Shown piece by piece: positions 28,445-42,201 of a stretch of 64,000 nucleotides of DNA. Within the stretch, counting starts at the first letter, position 1, and each line of letters starts with the position of its first letter. Origin of the DNA: Octopus vulgaris (lineage: Eukaryota); assembly GCA_951406725.2 (NCBI GenBank), contig OX597828.1, positions 70,184,001 through 70,248,000 on the forward strand. The letters run 5' to 3'. The position numbers were made by a program, and so were the translations under genes. The notes beneath the pieces were generated by a model. The model searched no databases. It saw only the letters and a list, made by a program, of their open reading frames with translations, and had not been told where the DNA came from.

Positions 28445-29322
28445 TTAGTTGAGTTAGGGAGTAAAATAACCGTCTAAGGGATAGAAGTATCCTTTATTCT
28501 ACAGTATGGGTATATTACCTATGTTTAACCCATGGGCATACATATGCAGGCATATTATGCTCATAAGTTATAGGTGAAGACAAGGGTAAACATAGGTTTA
28601 TCAAGAATCCAAATTTAAAGAAGACAGGAAATGGAGAAATATCGATGAACAACAATTTATTTACATCAATTATTATTATAAATAATGATTGAATGAATAA
28701 ATAATAATTCATTAAAGTCAATTGTTGTTCATCAATATTTCTCCATTTTCTGTTTTCTTTATGGTTGAATTATAAAATAACAATTTGATGATGAGGGTCT
28801 CATTTGATATTGTGATATTGTGAGTGTGTATATATAAAATGAGTACCAGTTGAACACTGGGGGTCATCCCCTCCCACAAAATTTGAAACCATTATTATTA
28901 TTTTTATTATTAATTAGTGTTCTCAATCAAGATGAACACTTTTCATTATCTCATACTGAACTGCAAACTTATTTCACCCAAACTTTGGTGATATATCCTC
29001 ATCATCATCCTCATCATGATGATCATCATAATTATCATAATTATCATTATCATCATTATCATCGTCATCATCATCATCATCATCATCATTTAACATCCAT
29101 CTTCTACACTGTGTTGGGTCGGGCAGTTTGATAAGGAACTGGCAAGCCAGAGAGCTGCACCTGGCTCCAGTTGTCTGTTTTGGCATGGTTTCTACAGCTG
29201 GATGCCCTTCCTAATACTAACTGCTTTACACAGTATAAAGGTTAGGGTTAGGGTTAATGTAAAGGGTGCTCATTATACAACACCAGCACAAACGCTTTTC
29301 ATGTGGTGTCAAGTACATTGCG

Positions 29323-29722
29323 GAAAATAACAAATTTACAGATTCAGAAATTTCAAATCTTTTAAGAGAAGATATCATAGAACTGAGAAATTCACCATGG
29401 CATTGCTACAAGTTTTGATTTTATTGGTAATTCCAGTAAGAGAAAGGCTTTTAGTAGATTTCTCTCAGACTATTAACTGTTTTATAGAGCTTGAAGCTTA
29501 CCCAGTTCACTGTATAGATCAATAGATCAATAATATTTCCAAATATATAAATATTATAGCAGAATTGACCTCGGTAACACTTTATTATCAAGTTGGTATC
29601 TGTGGAAAGACCATAATAGAGCTTTGCAGGCAGCTGGGGGTCTGTTTCAATTTAGTTGCGATTCTATAGACATCAGGAATGGTCTATCAGTGTTTCAGTA
29701 GGTCATCAATGATTTTTATCAA
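29323..29722 (+). mobile_element. Decayed Ty3/gypsy reverse transcriptase fragment
   Basis: Translates across stops and frameshifts to FTDSEISNLLREDIIE..NSPW...RLLVDFSQTIN.F.ELEAYP...ID..INNISKY.YYSRIDL...YYQV...GGLFQF...NGLSVFQ, the characteristic gypsy RT motifs. Confidence 0.8.
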
Positions 29723-30250
29723 CAAAAATATTCTAGAAAGGTCATCATCATCATCATCATCATCATAACAACCACTACTTCCATCACCACCACCACCACC
29801 ATCACCACCACCATCACCATTATCACCCCCACACACACACACACAACAATGTAGTTGCTTTTGCTTTTGATACCATCATCATCATCATCGTCATTTTAAT
29901 GTCTACTTTTCCATGCTTGCATGGGTCAGACAGGGTGTCCGTGAAGCAAATTTTCTAAGGCTGGATACTCTTCCTGTCACCAACCCTCTCCTGTTTCCAA
30001 GCAAGGCAATATTTCCCACTTGTCCTGACATGTTTGCAACGGAGATTTGCAAACAAAAAGCAATGCTAATTCCAATTCCAGTGATGTTTGACAGCAATCA
30101 GTACGTAATATCAAGACTAAGAGACAGAACCCTACACACTTCCATGCACCCACTTGCCCCTTCTCAGCTTATATCTGAGTAGTCATGTAGTGGTTCTACA
30201 GAAAGAAACCCATTCTGATCTGGCTCCTTCTCCTATACTCTTAACCCTAA

Positions 30251-30305
30251 TCACCTGATGAAGATGCCCAATTTGGGGTTCATAATCTTGAAAGCAGCCT
30301 AGTGA
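30251..30305 (+). ncRNA. Atypical hammerhead-like motif
   Basis: TCAC-CTGATGA-AGAT(GCCCAATTTGGGGTTCATA)ATCT-T-GAAA-GCAGCC-TA-GTGA. Stems I and II pair, stem III is weak. Confidence 0.5.
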
Positions 30306-30726
30306 CCTTACTTATGCAGGTAGCATGTGAAAATGCATCCAGTACGTGGTACAAAGTTGTCAGTATTAGGAGGGACATCTAGTGACATAAATCATGCCAA
30401 AACAGTTCCCGGGGCATGAGGGGCTCGTTGGATTTTGCCAAACCGTCCATCCAATGCCAACATGGGACATGGACATTAAATGATGATGACGATGGTAATT
30501 GTTATACATACATGCATAAATATATGCATATGTACATATACATACATGCATGCATAAATATAACCCCAACCATGAAAAGTGGTTGGTGTTAAGAAGAGCA
30601 TCCATGCCAAAACAGACCTTGCTGGTGCTGGTGCTATGTAAATTGCTCTGCTTATTCTCTTGAAGGGCTTCTGCCACTTCAACGTGCTCTGCATAGTTTC
30701 TTCCAAACATGCTATGGTTTACCTAC

Positions 30727-30869
30727 CTTGTGATATATGTAATTCAAAATTTGAATCATAAGTGGAACCTGTAGAACTTGTGAGGCTAACTGAAATCATG
30801 TTTTTGAATGGCAGGAAAGATATGGTTTCTGCAAGAATGTAAAGCCAGTCCAAAATGATAAGCAGACAG
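30727..30869 (-). CDS. Possible antisense-strand exon (unverified)
   Basis: Minus strand acceptor TTTTATGATTTTCAG and donor CAAG|GTAGGT. One open frame: CLLIILDWLYILAETISFLPFKNMISVSLTSSTGSTYDSNFELHISQ. Confidence 0.25.
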
Positions 30870-30922
30870 CTGAAAATCATAAAATAGATTAAACCCACTT
30901 TTTTTGTATTAGAACACTCATA

Positions 30923-30975
<53 letters not shown>

Positions 30976-30981
30976 CCACCA

Positions 30982-31012
<31 letters not shown>

Positions 31013-32169
31013 CATCACTATTTAACATCCACTTTCCATGCTGGCATAGGTTAGATGATTTGACAGGAGCTGGCAAGTCAGAGAGTTACACCTGGCTCCA
31101 ATTGTTTCTATGACTGAATGCCCTTCCTAATGTCAACCACTTAACAGAATCTACTGGGTGCTTTTTACACGGTGGCAGCACCAGTGCTTTATATGTGGCA
31201 CCAGTACAGGTGCTTTTTACATGAATTCAGCACAGGTGCCATTTATGTGGTACCAACACGAATGCTTAGTACATGGTACCAGAATCGATGTTTAATAGCC
31301 CTAACCAATTGTGAAGACTTCAAAGTGTGAATGACTTCATAGATTAACCAAAATTTATAAACCAGACAAGTTTAAATTGATAAATCCTATTTTCAATAGA
31401 ATTTATAATGACTATTTTTCAATTAGTTGTGTAATATCAAGTTTGTAATTAATGACTAATCTGAACATGTTTAATATTGTAATTGCTTAGATCAAAAAAT
31501 AAACAGCGAATAGATTTAATATCTTAATGTATTTGATAAACAAGGGTAAAAGTATTTTAAAAAATGTGTATTAATATACACACATAGTAATAATTTATTA
31601 AATTGGTGGTGGTGGTGGTGGGGGGGGGGTTGCATGATGTGATAAAAGCTGGCTTATCTGAAAAAAGGCAAAAAAGAAGCCTGTTATGTTCCTTACATCT
31701 TCTTTCAGTACCATACCAGCAACAGCTGATGCTGATGTTGATATATGCTTGTCTCTTTTAAATGGATTATAGGATTATATCTGGAACTGGCTATATCATG
31801 ACATATATATCTTAGGCGGACTTGTTTTTGTGTTTATTATAAAAGGGACTTTATTGTGCGTGTGTGTGTGTATGTGTGTGTGTGTCTATAAGAAAGGGAG
31901 ATACATTGAATGTGGTATATGTAAGACATGGAGAAATCTGAATTGAGTGTGAATACACGAAGGAGCTTTAATGAGCAAACACACACATACACGCACACAC
32001 ACATACACGCACACACACATACACGCACACACACATACACGCACACACACATACACGCACACACACATACACGCACACACACCTGTGTGTGTGTGTGCGT
32101 GTGTGTTCATTCATTGATTAGTACTAAATTTAGCAAGAGATAAATATCTCTACTGGTGTTATACACGGA

Positions 32170-32334
32170 CTACTTCAAGTTTCATGCTTGGATAGTGGGC
32201 TTGCATGGCATACTGGATACAATATGGCAATCATTCAGGCTCAAACACCATGGTTAGTCAATGTCAGTTACCAGATTATACATTATACAAGCTCATTCAA
32301 TTACTATACTATCCAAACATGAAACTTGAAGTAG
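32170..32334. mobile_element. MITE-like element with 27 bp inverted repeats
   Basis: CTACTTCAAGTTTCATGCTTGGATAGT (32170-32196) versus ACTATCCAAACATGAAACTTGAAGTAG (32308-32334), one mismatch. Confidence 0.6.
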
Positions 32335-32749
32335 CTCAGGTATACCTGCTGTATTCATTAAAAGAGACCGCTCTTCTCTTGCTGATGTTATTGTTGTAAA
32401 ACCCTACATGAAAACCCTACTTGATGCTCCTTCCTACCACGCACACTCCTGTTCAGAGAATATTCTTTTTCATGAAGATATTATCAACATGTTACATAGC
32501 ATGCCCCAGCTGGGTCTCTATAAATAATAACCATGAGAAAATTCTCAAGATAGAAACAAGACAGAAGCCCATAGAATGGATTGTGATTGCAATTCTAAAG
32601 GTACAGCTTTGTCACACTGTGTTATGATGATCCTGCCTGTGAATTACATTAAGGGAAATCTTGTCTGATGGATATTCAGCCACTTACATTGGTAGTTTGG
32701 TTGATTGACCAACAGAACACACAGGTCTGAAAATTCTGACCCACACCCA

Positions 32750-32965
32750 TTAAGCCTTTAGTATCTAACCCAAATATTCTACTTCCTTATTTTCAAACTG
32801 GCTGGATCTGGCCTCTCACACCTACCCTGCAATGTCATTCTAAAAATTAAACAATTCCATCTTTGGAATTTTTAAGCTACAAATTAATGCATAAAGAATT
32901 TTTTTTTTAAATGCGAATAAATAAGCATTACATTTCGGCAAAGTAATCTGAACACTAAAGGATTA
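32750..32965. mobile_element. piggyBac-type MITE, second copy
   Basis: Reverse-complement homolog of 6472-6693. Ends TTAA-GCCTTTAG ... CTAAAGGA-TTAG. Confidence 0.6.
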
Positions 32966-33938
32966 GAATAGGGTGTGATTTGAGATAGACCTGGTTGTTA
33001 TTTCTAGCTAGTTGTGTGACTACATAGATACTCCCACATTGGGAGCATTGTTCCTGCTGCTGTTGTTGTTGTTGTTGTTGTTGTTGTTTAGCCACAGGTC
33101 AGTCTTGATCAAGCAGACCTATGATAAATGGCAATCCACCCATGACCATCCTGTCTTTTATCCTATGCACTCAGAAATCAGCCACACATTATCCAACTTG
33201 CCCTGTTCAAAGACAGCAAGGTGTGACTTTTAGGGAGATTTGGTTGCTACTTCTTGCAGGTTGCATGACCACATAGAGACTATCTTGTTGGTTCATGCTG
33301 TTGTTTGTTGTTGTTTGTTGTTGTTGTTTGTGTAGGGTTCTTTGTTTATGTTTTTATTGGGACTAAATGGAGGGGTGGTGTATGGGGAGGAGTGGTGTTA
33401 TACTATAACACTGGTGGTGGTGATGGTGGGGGAGGTTTGACTCTACATGCAGTGACAGGAACTGTGTGGATTGCAGTTAATGAGGTTATTGATGCTGCTA
33501 TAAAGATGGTGGAGGTGGAGGTGATAGTGGTGGTGGGTGTGTCATAAGTGATGGTGAGATTTATACGGTGGTGGTGGTGGGTTTGATGGTGTTGGTGTTG
33601 TGGTTGTAGCGTGGTTGAGGTGTTGGTGGTGTTATAGCAGAGGCGGTAGTTGTGGTTGTGGTGGTGGTACTTGTTCTGGTATTGGTGGTTGTAGTTGCAG
33701 CTGGAAGGGATGTTACGGTGGTGGTAATGTGGTAGTGGTGGTGGTGGCAGTAATTGTAGCGGTTGTAAAGATGGTAATGGTGGTTGTATTGTTTGATGGT
33801 GGTGGTGGTGGTGGTGGTGATGGTGGCAATGGTGATTGTGGGTGGTGGGGATAAGGATAATGAGGGTGGTGGTGGTGGTGGTGGCAGTAATGTTTACTTG
33901 TGGCAGTGATGGTGCTGGGTGAATGAACTGTCGTAGTT

Positions 33939-33976
<38 letters not shown>

Positions 33977-34010
33977 CGTCGTCGTCGATGTCGAAAGAGA
34001 GCGGGAAAAA

Positions 34011-34069
<59 letters not shown>

Positions 34070-34654
34070 GTAAAGCTTGAAAGGTAGTGTGTTATATCAA
34101 ACAGCAGAGTTTCTCCACTTACCACTGGAAATCAATGATTCGAGAAGAAAGCTTCAGTTTCATGTCAGACTTGCTTGACACCTCTCATTGATAACATGAG
34201 CCAATAAAAATACTACAGCCTCCCTCCTCCAAGTGGTCTCCAGATCTGCTAGAAATAGCAGCCAAATCTCCACCAAATCAAACAATCTGCTATCTAAAAT
34301 AAGGATGTGACAACACACGATAATGTGGACCTACATATTGTTAAATGGTGGCATTGCCACTGTTGGAATGTCTGTGATTCTGGCTCTGTTTCATCAGGGA
34401 CAACCTGGGGTTAAACATCATCATTACTATGTTTATTGATAGGTATTAGATGAACACTAACCTTAATACTTGGTGGGAAAATCAATAAATGTACTTGTAG
34501 TTCCTTATATAATATTATGTCATTAATTTTAGGGGATTTTTGACTGTTGGTGATAGCAAGAGAGGGGAGGGGCATTAGTTGGGACTAGAGTGAAGACTCC
34601 AGCTTTATATTTGTTAATCTCACTGAGCCTATAATCTCTATGCTATATATATAT

Positions 34655-35240
34655 ATAATTCACCAAAAATTAATTTGCAAAGGTGTCATTAATTCTATTA
34701 TTATCCAATGTAACTATTTAAAAAATGATAATAACAGAATCAGTGACACAGGTGATAGCAGGCCAAAAATAGCATTAAATAGCCGAGGGATTAAAATAAA
34801 TCAAAGGACATACTAAGTATGTCTACCTGCTTGAAATAACAGTCAAAACCCTTATTAAATCGCCAAAAATACACTGATGAAAACTACAGAAATCAAACAA
34901 AGGCAAAATCAGGTTAAGACAATCTACTAACATACATTTAAGTATCTGGACTCACGTGGACCGGTTTCTGCCCTGGCAAAATAAGCCTTAGCTTCTTCAG
35001 CACTCGTTACCATGATTAGAGATTCCCAACCCATCGTTTTGAAGTCTGTGCTGCAACTGATTCGTTTCGCGCCGAAGTCACGGCAGCCACCTGTGTAAAA
35101 TAATCTTGATACAATTTACGAGAAAAATAATTCACCAAAAATTAATTTGCAAAGGTGTCATTAATTCTTTTATTATCCAGTGTAACTATTTTTAAAATGA
35201 TAACAGAATCAATGACACAGGCGATAGCAGGCCAAAAAAA
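34655..35240 (-). mobile_element. Non-coding hammerhead-bearing element: 472 bp unit + ~115 bp terminal direct repeat, in (TA)n
   Basis: 34655-34769 is repeated at 35127-35240. Central HHR. TA repeats on both sides. Confidence 0.75.
34956..35003 (-). ncRNA. Minimal type I hammerhead ribozyme with palindromic stem III (CCGG), GUC site
   Basis: Minus strand: GTG-CTGAAGA-AGCTAAGGC(TTATTTT)GCCAGGGCA-GAAA-CCGG-TC-CAC. Confidence 0.75.
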
Positions 35241-35756
35241 TATATATATATACGTGTGTGTGTGTGTGTTTGTGTGTACATATGTGTATGTGTTCATGTA
35301 TATATGTATGTGTATATATATGTGTGTGTATACATATGAATGTATTTGTGTGTGTGTATATATGTAAGTAGAAAAATGCACTTTTATATTCAGACAAGTG
35401 TTCTCAAGCTTGGTTGTTAAAATTTATATTTATGTGTGTATGTATGTATGTATGTATGTATGTATGTATGTGTGTATATATGTATGTGTGTATGTATGTA
35501 TGTATGTATATATGTGTATATGTATGTATATCTGTGTGTATATGTATGTCTGTATGTATGCATGTATGTATGCATGCTTCATACACACATACACATGTAA
35601 ACCTAAATACTATAAACGCATACATGGCAAACCTAACTATTTCTCCATAGATTGAAAGAAACCATGAACCGCCATTCTTGATTTTCAAATCTTATTGGTG
35701 TCTACATTATTGACCAATCCCAGAGAAATATGCAGCCAATGTTTATATATAGAGAA

Positions 35757-35987
35757 GGCGGCAAGCCAGCAGAATCGTTAGCACGTCAGGTGAAATGCTT
35801 AGAGGTATTTTGTCTGCTACTGTGTTCTGAGTTCAAATTCCACCGAGGTTGACTTTGCCTTTCATCCTTTCGGGGTCGATTAAATAAGTACCAGTTATGC
35901 ACTGGGGTTGATGTAATTGACTTAGTCCCTTTGTCTGTCCTTGTTTGTCCCCTCTATGTTTAGCCCCTTGTAGGCAATAAAGAATTA
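35757..35987 (+). mobile_element. SINE family B full-length copy
   Basis: GGCGGCAAG..CAGAATCGTTAGCACG...GAGTTCAAATTCC...GCCTTTCATCCTTTCGGGGTCGAT...AAGTACCAG...AATAAAGAA. Confidence 0.85.
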
Positions 35988-36339
35988 AATGTTTGTATAT
36001 ATATGTGTGTGTGTATGCATGTGTGTGTGTGTGTATGTGTGCATGTGTATGTGTGTATATAAAGATACATAATGCAAGTACGTTTAAAATCCAAGCTGTG
36101 TCCTCTAGAAGTTCATCTGCTTATTGCAGTATTCCAATTTTGTTTGCAGACATCAAATTTATGTGGAATATGCATAAGAGTTGAAAATTCTGGGAATATT
36201 ATTTTGGCAAAGTAATTATATATCAAAACTAGAGATTGGAAAAATGGCAAATGAATAATTCTAAAATTAATTTTAGTACTATTTGGTAAATAATGCCAAA
36301 AGAGAAAATTCCAATCTCCTGTTCTGATATTTGTCTGTT

Positions 36340-36386
<47 letters not shown>

Positions 36387-39184
36387 ATATATGTATGTAT
36401 GTATATATATATATCATCGTCAGTCATCATCACCATCATCATCAGCACCACCACTATCATCATCATCATCGCCATCATCATTATCACTATTATCATCATC
36501 ATCATCCCCATCATCATCATCCCCATCATCATCATCACCCTCATCATCACCACCACCACCACCATCATCATTGCCATCACGATCATCACCATCATCACCA
36601 CCACGGTCAACATCAGCAAAAAACTGAAGGCTTTGTGGCATTTTCTTGTCTTTTTCTCTGTCATAAACACTTCAAACATCAATGTTTGAGATTCATTTGA
36701 AACATCTAAGCAACCTGTAGCCTTGTTATTCATAAATTGTGATATAATTAATTAATATATATATATATTCATATACATATACATATATATATATATTAAA
36801 ATATTCATAAATTCTGTTTATAGAAGTATTATTGATTTTTACACATCTGCCATTAACATCACCAGTAGCAACCCCGAAGTGACCCACCCTTACTAATTAT
36901 TAACTCCCACAACACTAAAATCAACAACCCATATGTGACCCCTCCCTAGATATTTACATTTCTACAACTAACACTGTCAGCATGTGGCCTAATGGTTAAA
37001 GTGCTAAATTCACAATCATTACATCATGGGTTCAGATCTCAGGCTACACAGCACACTGTGTCCTTGAGCAGGTTACTTCATTTCATATTGCTCAAGTACA
37101 CTCAGCTGAGAAAGAATATCATTAACATCTTCAGGTTAACCCTGCTATAGACTAGTGTCCTGTCCATGGGTCTGTCTAATCCCAAACACCTTGAAAATCT
37201 GCATGAGCTCTGGTCTCATATGCCCTGTAGGCTTTGAGGCCCATCATTGAACATCACCAGCAACAAGCACAAAGTGACCAACCCCACCAAAGTTTTACAC
37301 AGGTGTGGTCATTACCACCACCACTGCCACTGCAATCACCACTAATAACAGCTGCCATATTTTACACCTCTCTGAGTGTTACCAATGACAACAATAACAA
37401 GTGTTCCACCATCCGCCCTCCTCCACCAATTTTCGGTATTTCTGTTACTAAGAAAAAACAATGCCTGACTAATTCTTACATATCTACCACATTGACTATT
37501 GTTACCACCACCTCTCTACCATTGTGACCACCACCACCACCAAAAGCAAGAATCACAGCAACAGCCGTTCAAGAATTTGGACCTTGAGATCTCCATTTCC
37601 AGTGACTTCGAGGGCCACCTTCCAGTGGTGTTGGGCATCAACAAAGAGCCCTCGACTACAACAAGACAAGTTTTTTTTTCCAAGGTCTGGGGTCTCCTGC
37701 TCCTAAAGCCCTAGACCATCACCTAATCACACTTACCCGTTTTGTTGCTTAACAACAACAACAGCAACAACAAACACCCTGTCATCTACAATTATTTTAT
37801 CTCTACCATTATGACCACTATCAGTACAACTACTACCACCGCCACCACCACCACCACAACCACCGAGTTCTGTTCCTTTCTCGTGAATAATTCACCAAAT
37901 TCTCACTGGTTTGTCACAGCATAACGAACTGCAAAAATTAACACTATGATAATAACACCTCTGTAACACTGTTGCATCACCAATGTCACTACATCATGAC
38001 AGCATTGTTACATGTAACATCACTGTAACACCACTATAGTTGAACTATTACACCACTGTAACACAACTCTAGTTCTACTGTAACACAACAGTGACAGCGC
38101 TGTTACGTGAGGAGGTATCTATGACAACCAGTGATGGTGCCTCTTATAGAACACCACAAGGGAGAATTTAGGCGGTTGCTGGGGCTGTTAGATATGGTAG
38201 CCAAATTAACCTCAAGTCATGTCTTACTACCTTTCATAATAAAAAGGATACCTGAGACAATGTGATGCTGGACATGCACAAAAGACAGGATGGTCATGGC
38301 TGAAATGCTTTTGATCATGGTGAGTTTGCTGGACCACAGCTGACATGAAGCACAATGCCACCACCACCACCACCAACAACAACAGCAACAACATTTACAA
38401 CAACAATATCAACACCAAGTTTGCTGCGTGGTATGACAACTTGTGTTGCAAGTCGTATTCACCCAAACACAGTCAATACACCAATGAAGCATGACAGCAA
38501 TACACATCCACATCAACCACACACACACCACCACCACCACCACCACCACTACCGCCACTCTACACACCATTGTCCTCTACAATCACATGGTCAACTCACT
38601 GGTTACACTCCTTTCTATGTGTATTATTATTCGCAGAATTATCGACAAGCTTTCCATTCTTAACCCTCACTCTCTTTATCTCCCTCCTACCTCTCACCTG
38701 CTCCTTCTCTCTATCTTTCTTTCTCCTGCCCCGCCCCCTCTCTCTCTCTTTCTCTCCGTTTTTCTCTCTCTTCCCCTCTCTCTCTCTCCGATATTAATGG
38801 CAAGAACCACTTTCTCCATAATATTTGGCCAATAATAACGTGTCCGGCTTTTAGCTTGGCTTTTAGTTAGCTACAACCATCTATTATCTGTATGTGTATG
38901 CATCGTGTGTGGGTGTGTGTGTATGTGCATACATGCATGTACATACATGCATGTACATACATACATACACACATACATATGTGTGTGTGTGTGTGTGTGT
39001 GTGTGTATTACATTATATTGTATTATATGTTACACAAACACACGCATTTATGCATACATGCACTCCTCCCACACATCCATATGTGTGTGTGTGTGTGAAT
39101 AGGAAGATAGATAGATAGGTTAGTAAATAGGTAGCTAGCTAGCTAGCTAGATAGATATAGATAGATAGATAGATAGATGGATAA

Positions 39185-39269
<85 letters not shown>

Positions 39270-40273
39270 AAGACAGACAGATATAGTCCTTAGAACTTCA
39301 CCAAGTTTTCAATTTTACCATTTCCTTCCCTCAAGAATTTGAGGTGTGAAGAATTATTAACAAGTCTTTTTGAAACATTCCAGTAAACACCTCAAACCTG
39401 ATGTCTCACCTGGAACAGCCTGATGATGGTCAGATTTCCCACATATTCAGGACACACTGGACATCTAGAGTGGCCTGAATCAGAACCTGTGGTAATTTGT
39501 TCACTGGTCATAAGCTACTCATCTTTACTTGTAATTTATTGGTTTCAGTCGCTTGACTCTGGCCGTGCTGGAGCAGGCAGTCAGATGTCTCTGGAGTGGG
39601 ATGAATCAGAACCTGTAACCATTTGTTCACTAGTCATAAGCTACTCATCTATACCTAATCTTTTACTGATTTCACTTGGTGGATTGTGGCCATGCTGGGG
39701 CACTGGTTTCCAAAATATTTTCAATTATTGATAATATTTTATTGACTTCGAATGCATTCAAGGCAAGGCAAGTGGACTCAGTCCAGATTTGATCTCAGTA
39801 TGTGAAGACATGTAAACAAACACCACATGGTGTTTTGTCTGATGCTCTACCGATTCTGCCATCCCTTCAACACCCACTGCTCTCAGTTGATACCCCCTAG
39901 ACTGATTGTGGATTGTCAGATCTTTGGTGAGAGCAGACTTGCAGTAACAGTGACTTCTGAAGTTCCTCTTTTTGCAGAATTGCAACAGATGTGAAATTAA
40001 TATGCCACAAACATTCTGCTTTCAACAAGACAAGACAAAGAAACCATCCATACAACAAAAGCTTCCATGGAGGTCGTTAGAGAAATAGTTACCTTCAAAG
40101 TAGGAGCAGGCATGGCTGTGTGGTTAAGAAATTTGCTTCCTAGCCATATGGTTTCAGGTTCAGTTCCACTGTTTGGTACCTTGGGCAATTGTCTTTTACT
40201 ATTACTACAGGGTGAACAAAAACTTGCAAGTGGGTTTGCCAGATAGAAACTGAAAGAAGCCCATCGCATATGA

Positions 40274-40305
<32 letters not shown>

Positions 40306-40803
40306 TGCATGTAAATGATGGTCCACAATGTGATGGTTGCAAAAGAGCATCATTGTCATACAAACAATGTTGTTCATTTCTGATCTTTTGTGGAAAACGT
40401 ATGTGGTTATGAGGAAATATTACCTTGTTTGAAAACAGGTGAAGGGTGATGATAAGAAGGGCATCCAGCCATTGGAAATTTGCCTCAGCAAATTCCATCT
40501 GACTCATGCAAGTATGGAAAAGTGGACATTATATGATGATAATCATGATGACTGTTATTGCTGCTTCACTATCTGTACCCTAATTGTAAGTTATCATTTA
40601 TATTCAGAGGAACTAATACTCCACTCTACACACTCTGTTAGTGAATTACCATTTATACCCATAACTGGTACCCCACTCTATGTATCTTGATTGTCTGCTG
40701 AACTACAACAGGCTACTTAGTCCTAGACTAGGTACCCTAGTAGTTTGTTATCCATTATACTTATAGCAATTGATACTTCAGTTTATGTACCCTGGCTATG
40801 GAT

Positions 40804-40847
<44 letters not shown>

Positions 40848-41871
40848 TCACACACACATACACAGATGGCACAAACATAGCCATTGTTATTAAGACGTTC
40901 ACTTCACAACTGCTTATTCTCAATGTTGGTATGTTGAGGCAAGTTCTACCATGTTCTAGAACTTAGTGGAATTTTCCAGATGGAGATAGTGCAGAAACTC
41001 ATCATGTGTTTGTGCGTGTGTGTGTAAACATATATATAAATGTATATATGTATACATTAAACCTGCTATTATTATAAATTTGCTACTATTTTCATTTCTT
41101 TTTCTCTCCTGTCTCTTATTGCTTTTACTTCTCTTTCATGAACAACATAACACAAAAACATTCTATCCTTTTCTATTCTTTTCATTCAACACATCTATTT
41201 TTCACTCACAAATGAAGATGACATGGTAATATGTACCATGCTCTTGCTAACTGTTTTAGGTGACTAAGTAGTTAGAAGCAGATACAGACCCACCTGTGGC
41301 CCTCTGGTTCTTGATCCAGTGGACTACCACAGATGTGGTGGCAGGCAACTGGTATTCATTTACAACTAAGTAGACTGTTGAATCTGAAATGAAGTGCCTC
41401 GCTAAAGGACCCAGGATCTAACCCATGACCTTGAAATCATAAGGCTAAAACCTTGACCACTATGCTACATCCCTATTTATACACATGTGTGTGTGTGTGT
41501 GTGGTGTGTGCACACGTGTGCTCACATATCTGTGTGTGTGTGTGTTTATACAGATCTAAAAGCTCGTGTTATTTATGTTGTGTTTGTTTTTATCTCCTGC
41601 CACTTAACAGTTTGACAAAGAGAGAGCAATAAAATAATTATCGACAGAAATATGTACCTGAGTCAATATAATGGGCAATGCCCCAGTATGGTCATAGACT
41701 AATAACAGACACCAGTGAAAGAATAAAAGAGCATGTGTGTGTGTGTGTCTTTTTATATATTTTCTTCTAGCTCTTTGGTTATAAAATTCTGTTTACCAAA
41801 AAATCTAGAATATTTTCTTTCTAATGGATTTTACCATCCACCATGTCCACCCTCCCTCTCTTCCTTCCTTC

Positions 41872-41903
<32 letters not shown>

Positions 41904-42027
41904 GTCTTTTTGCTTTGTTGTCTCTTTCCCTCTCTCCTGCTTTTTTTCTCCTTCTATCTATCTCTCTATATAACGATATCCCTATCTTTGTCTCTGTCTG
42001 TCTGCTTGTCTGTCTGTCACTCTCTCT

Positions 42028-42127
42028 CTCTCTCTCTGACACACTCCTTCTCTCTCTCTCTCTCTCTCTCTCTCTGACACACTCCTTCTCTTTCACTCTC
42101 TCTCTCTCTCTCTCTCTCTGACACACT

Positions 42128-42162
<35 letters not shown>

Positions 42163-42166
42163 ACAC

Positions 42167-42201
<35 letters not shown>

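Noticed and set aside
29239-29256. (TTAGGG)n telomere-like motif
   Set aside because: Fewer than three units and inside a SINE.
34854-34878. CTGATGA-AAACTACA-GAAA on the + strand inside the 472 bp element
   Set aside because: No stem I, II or III pairing.
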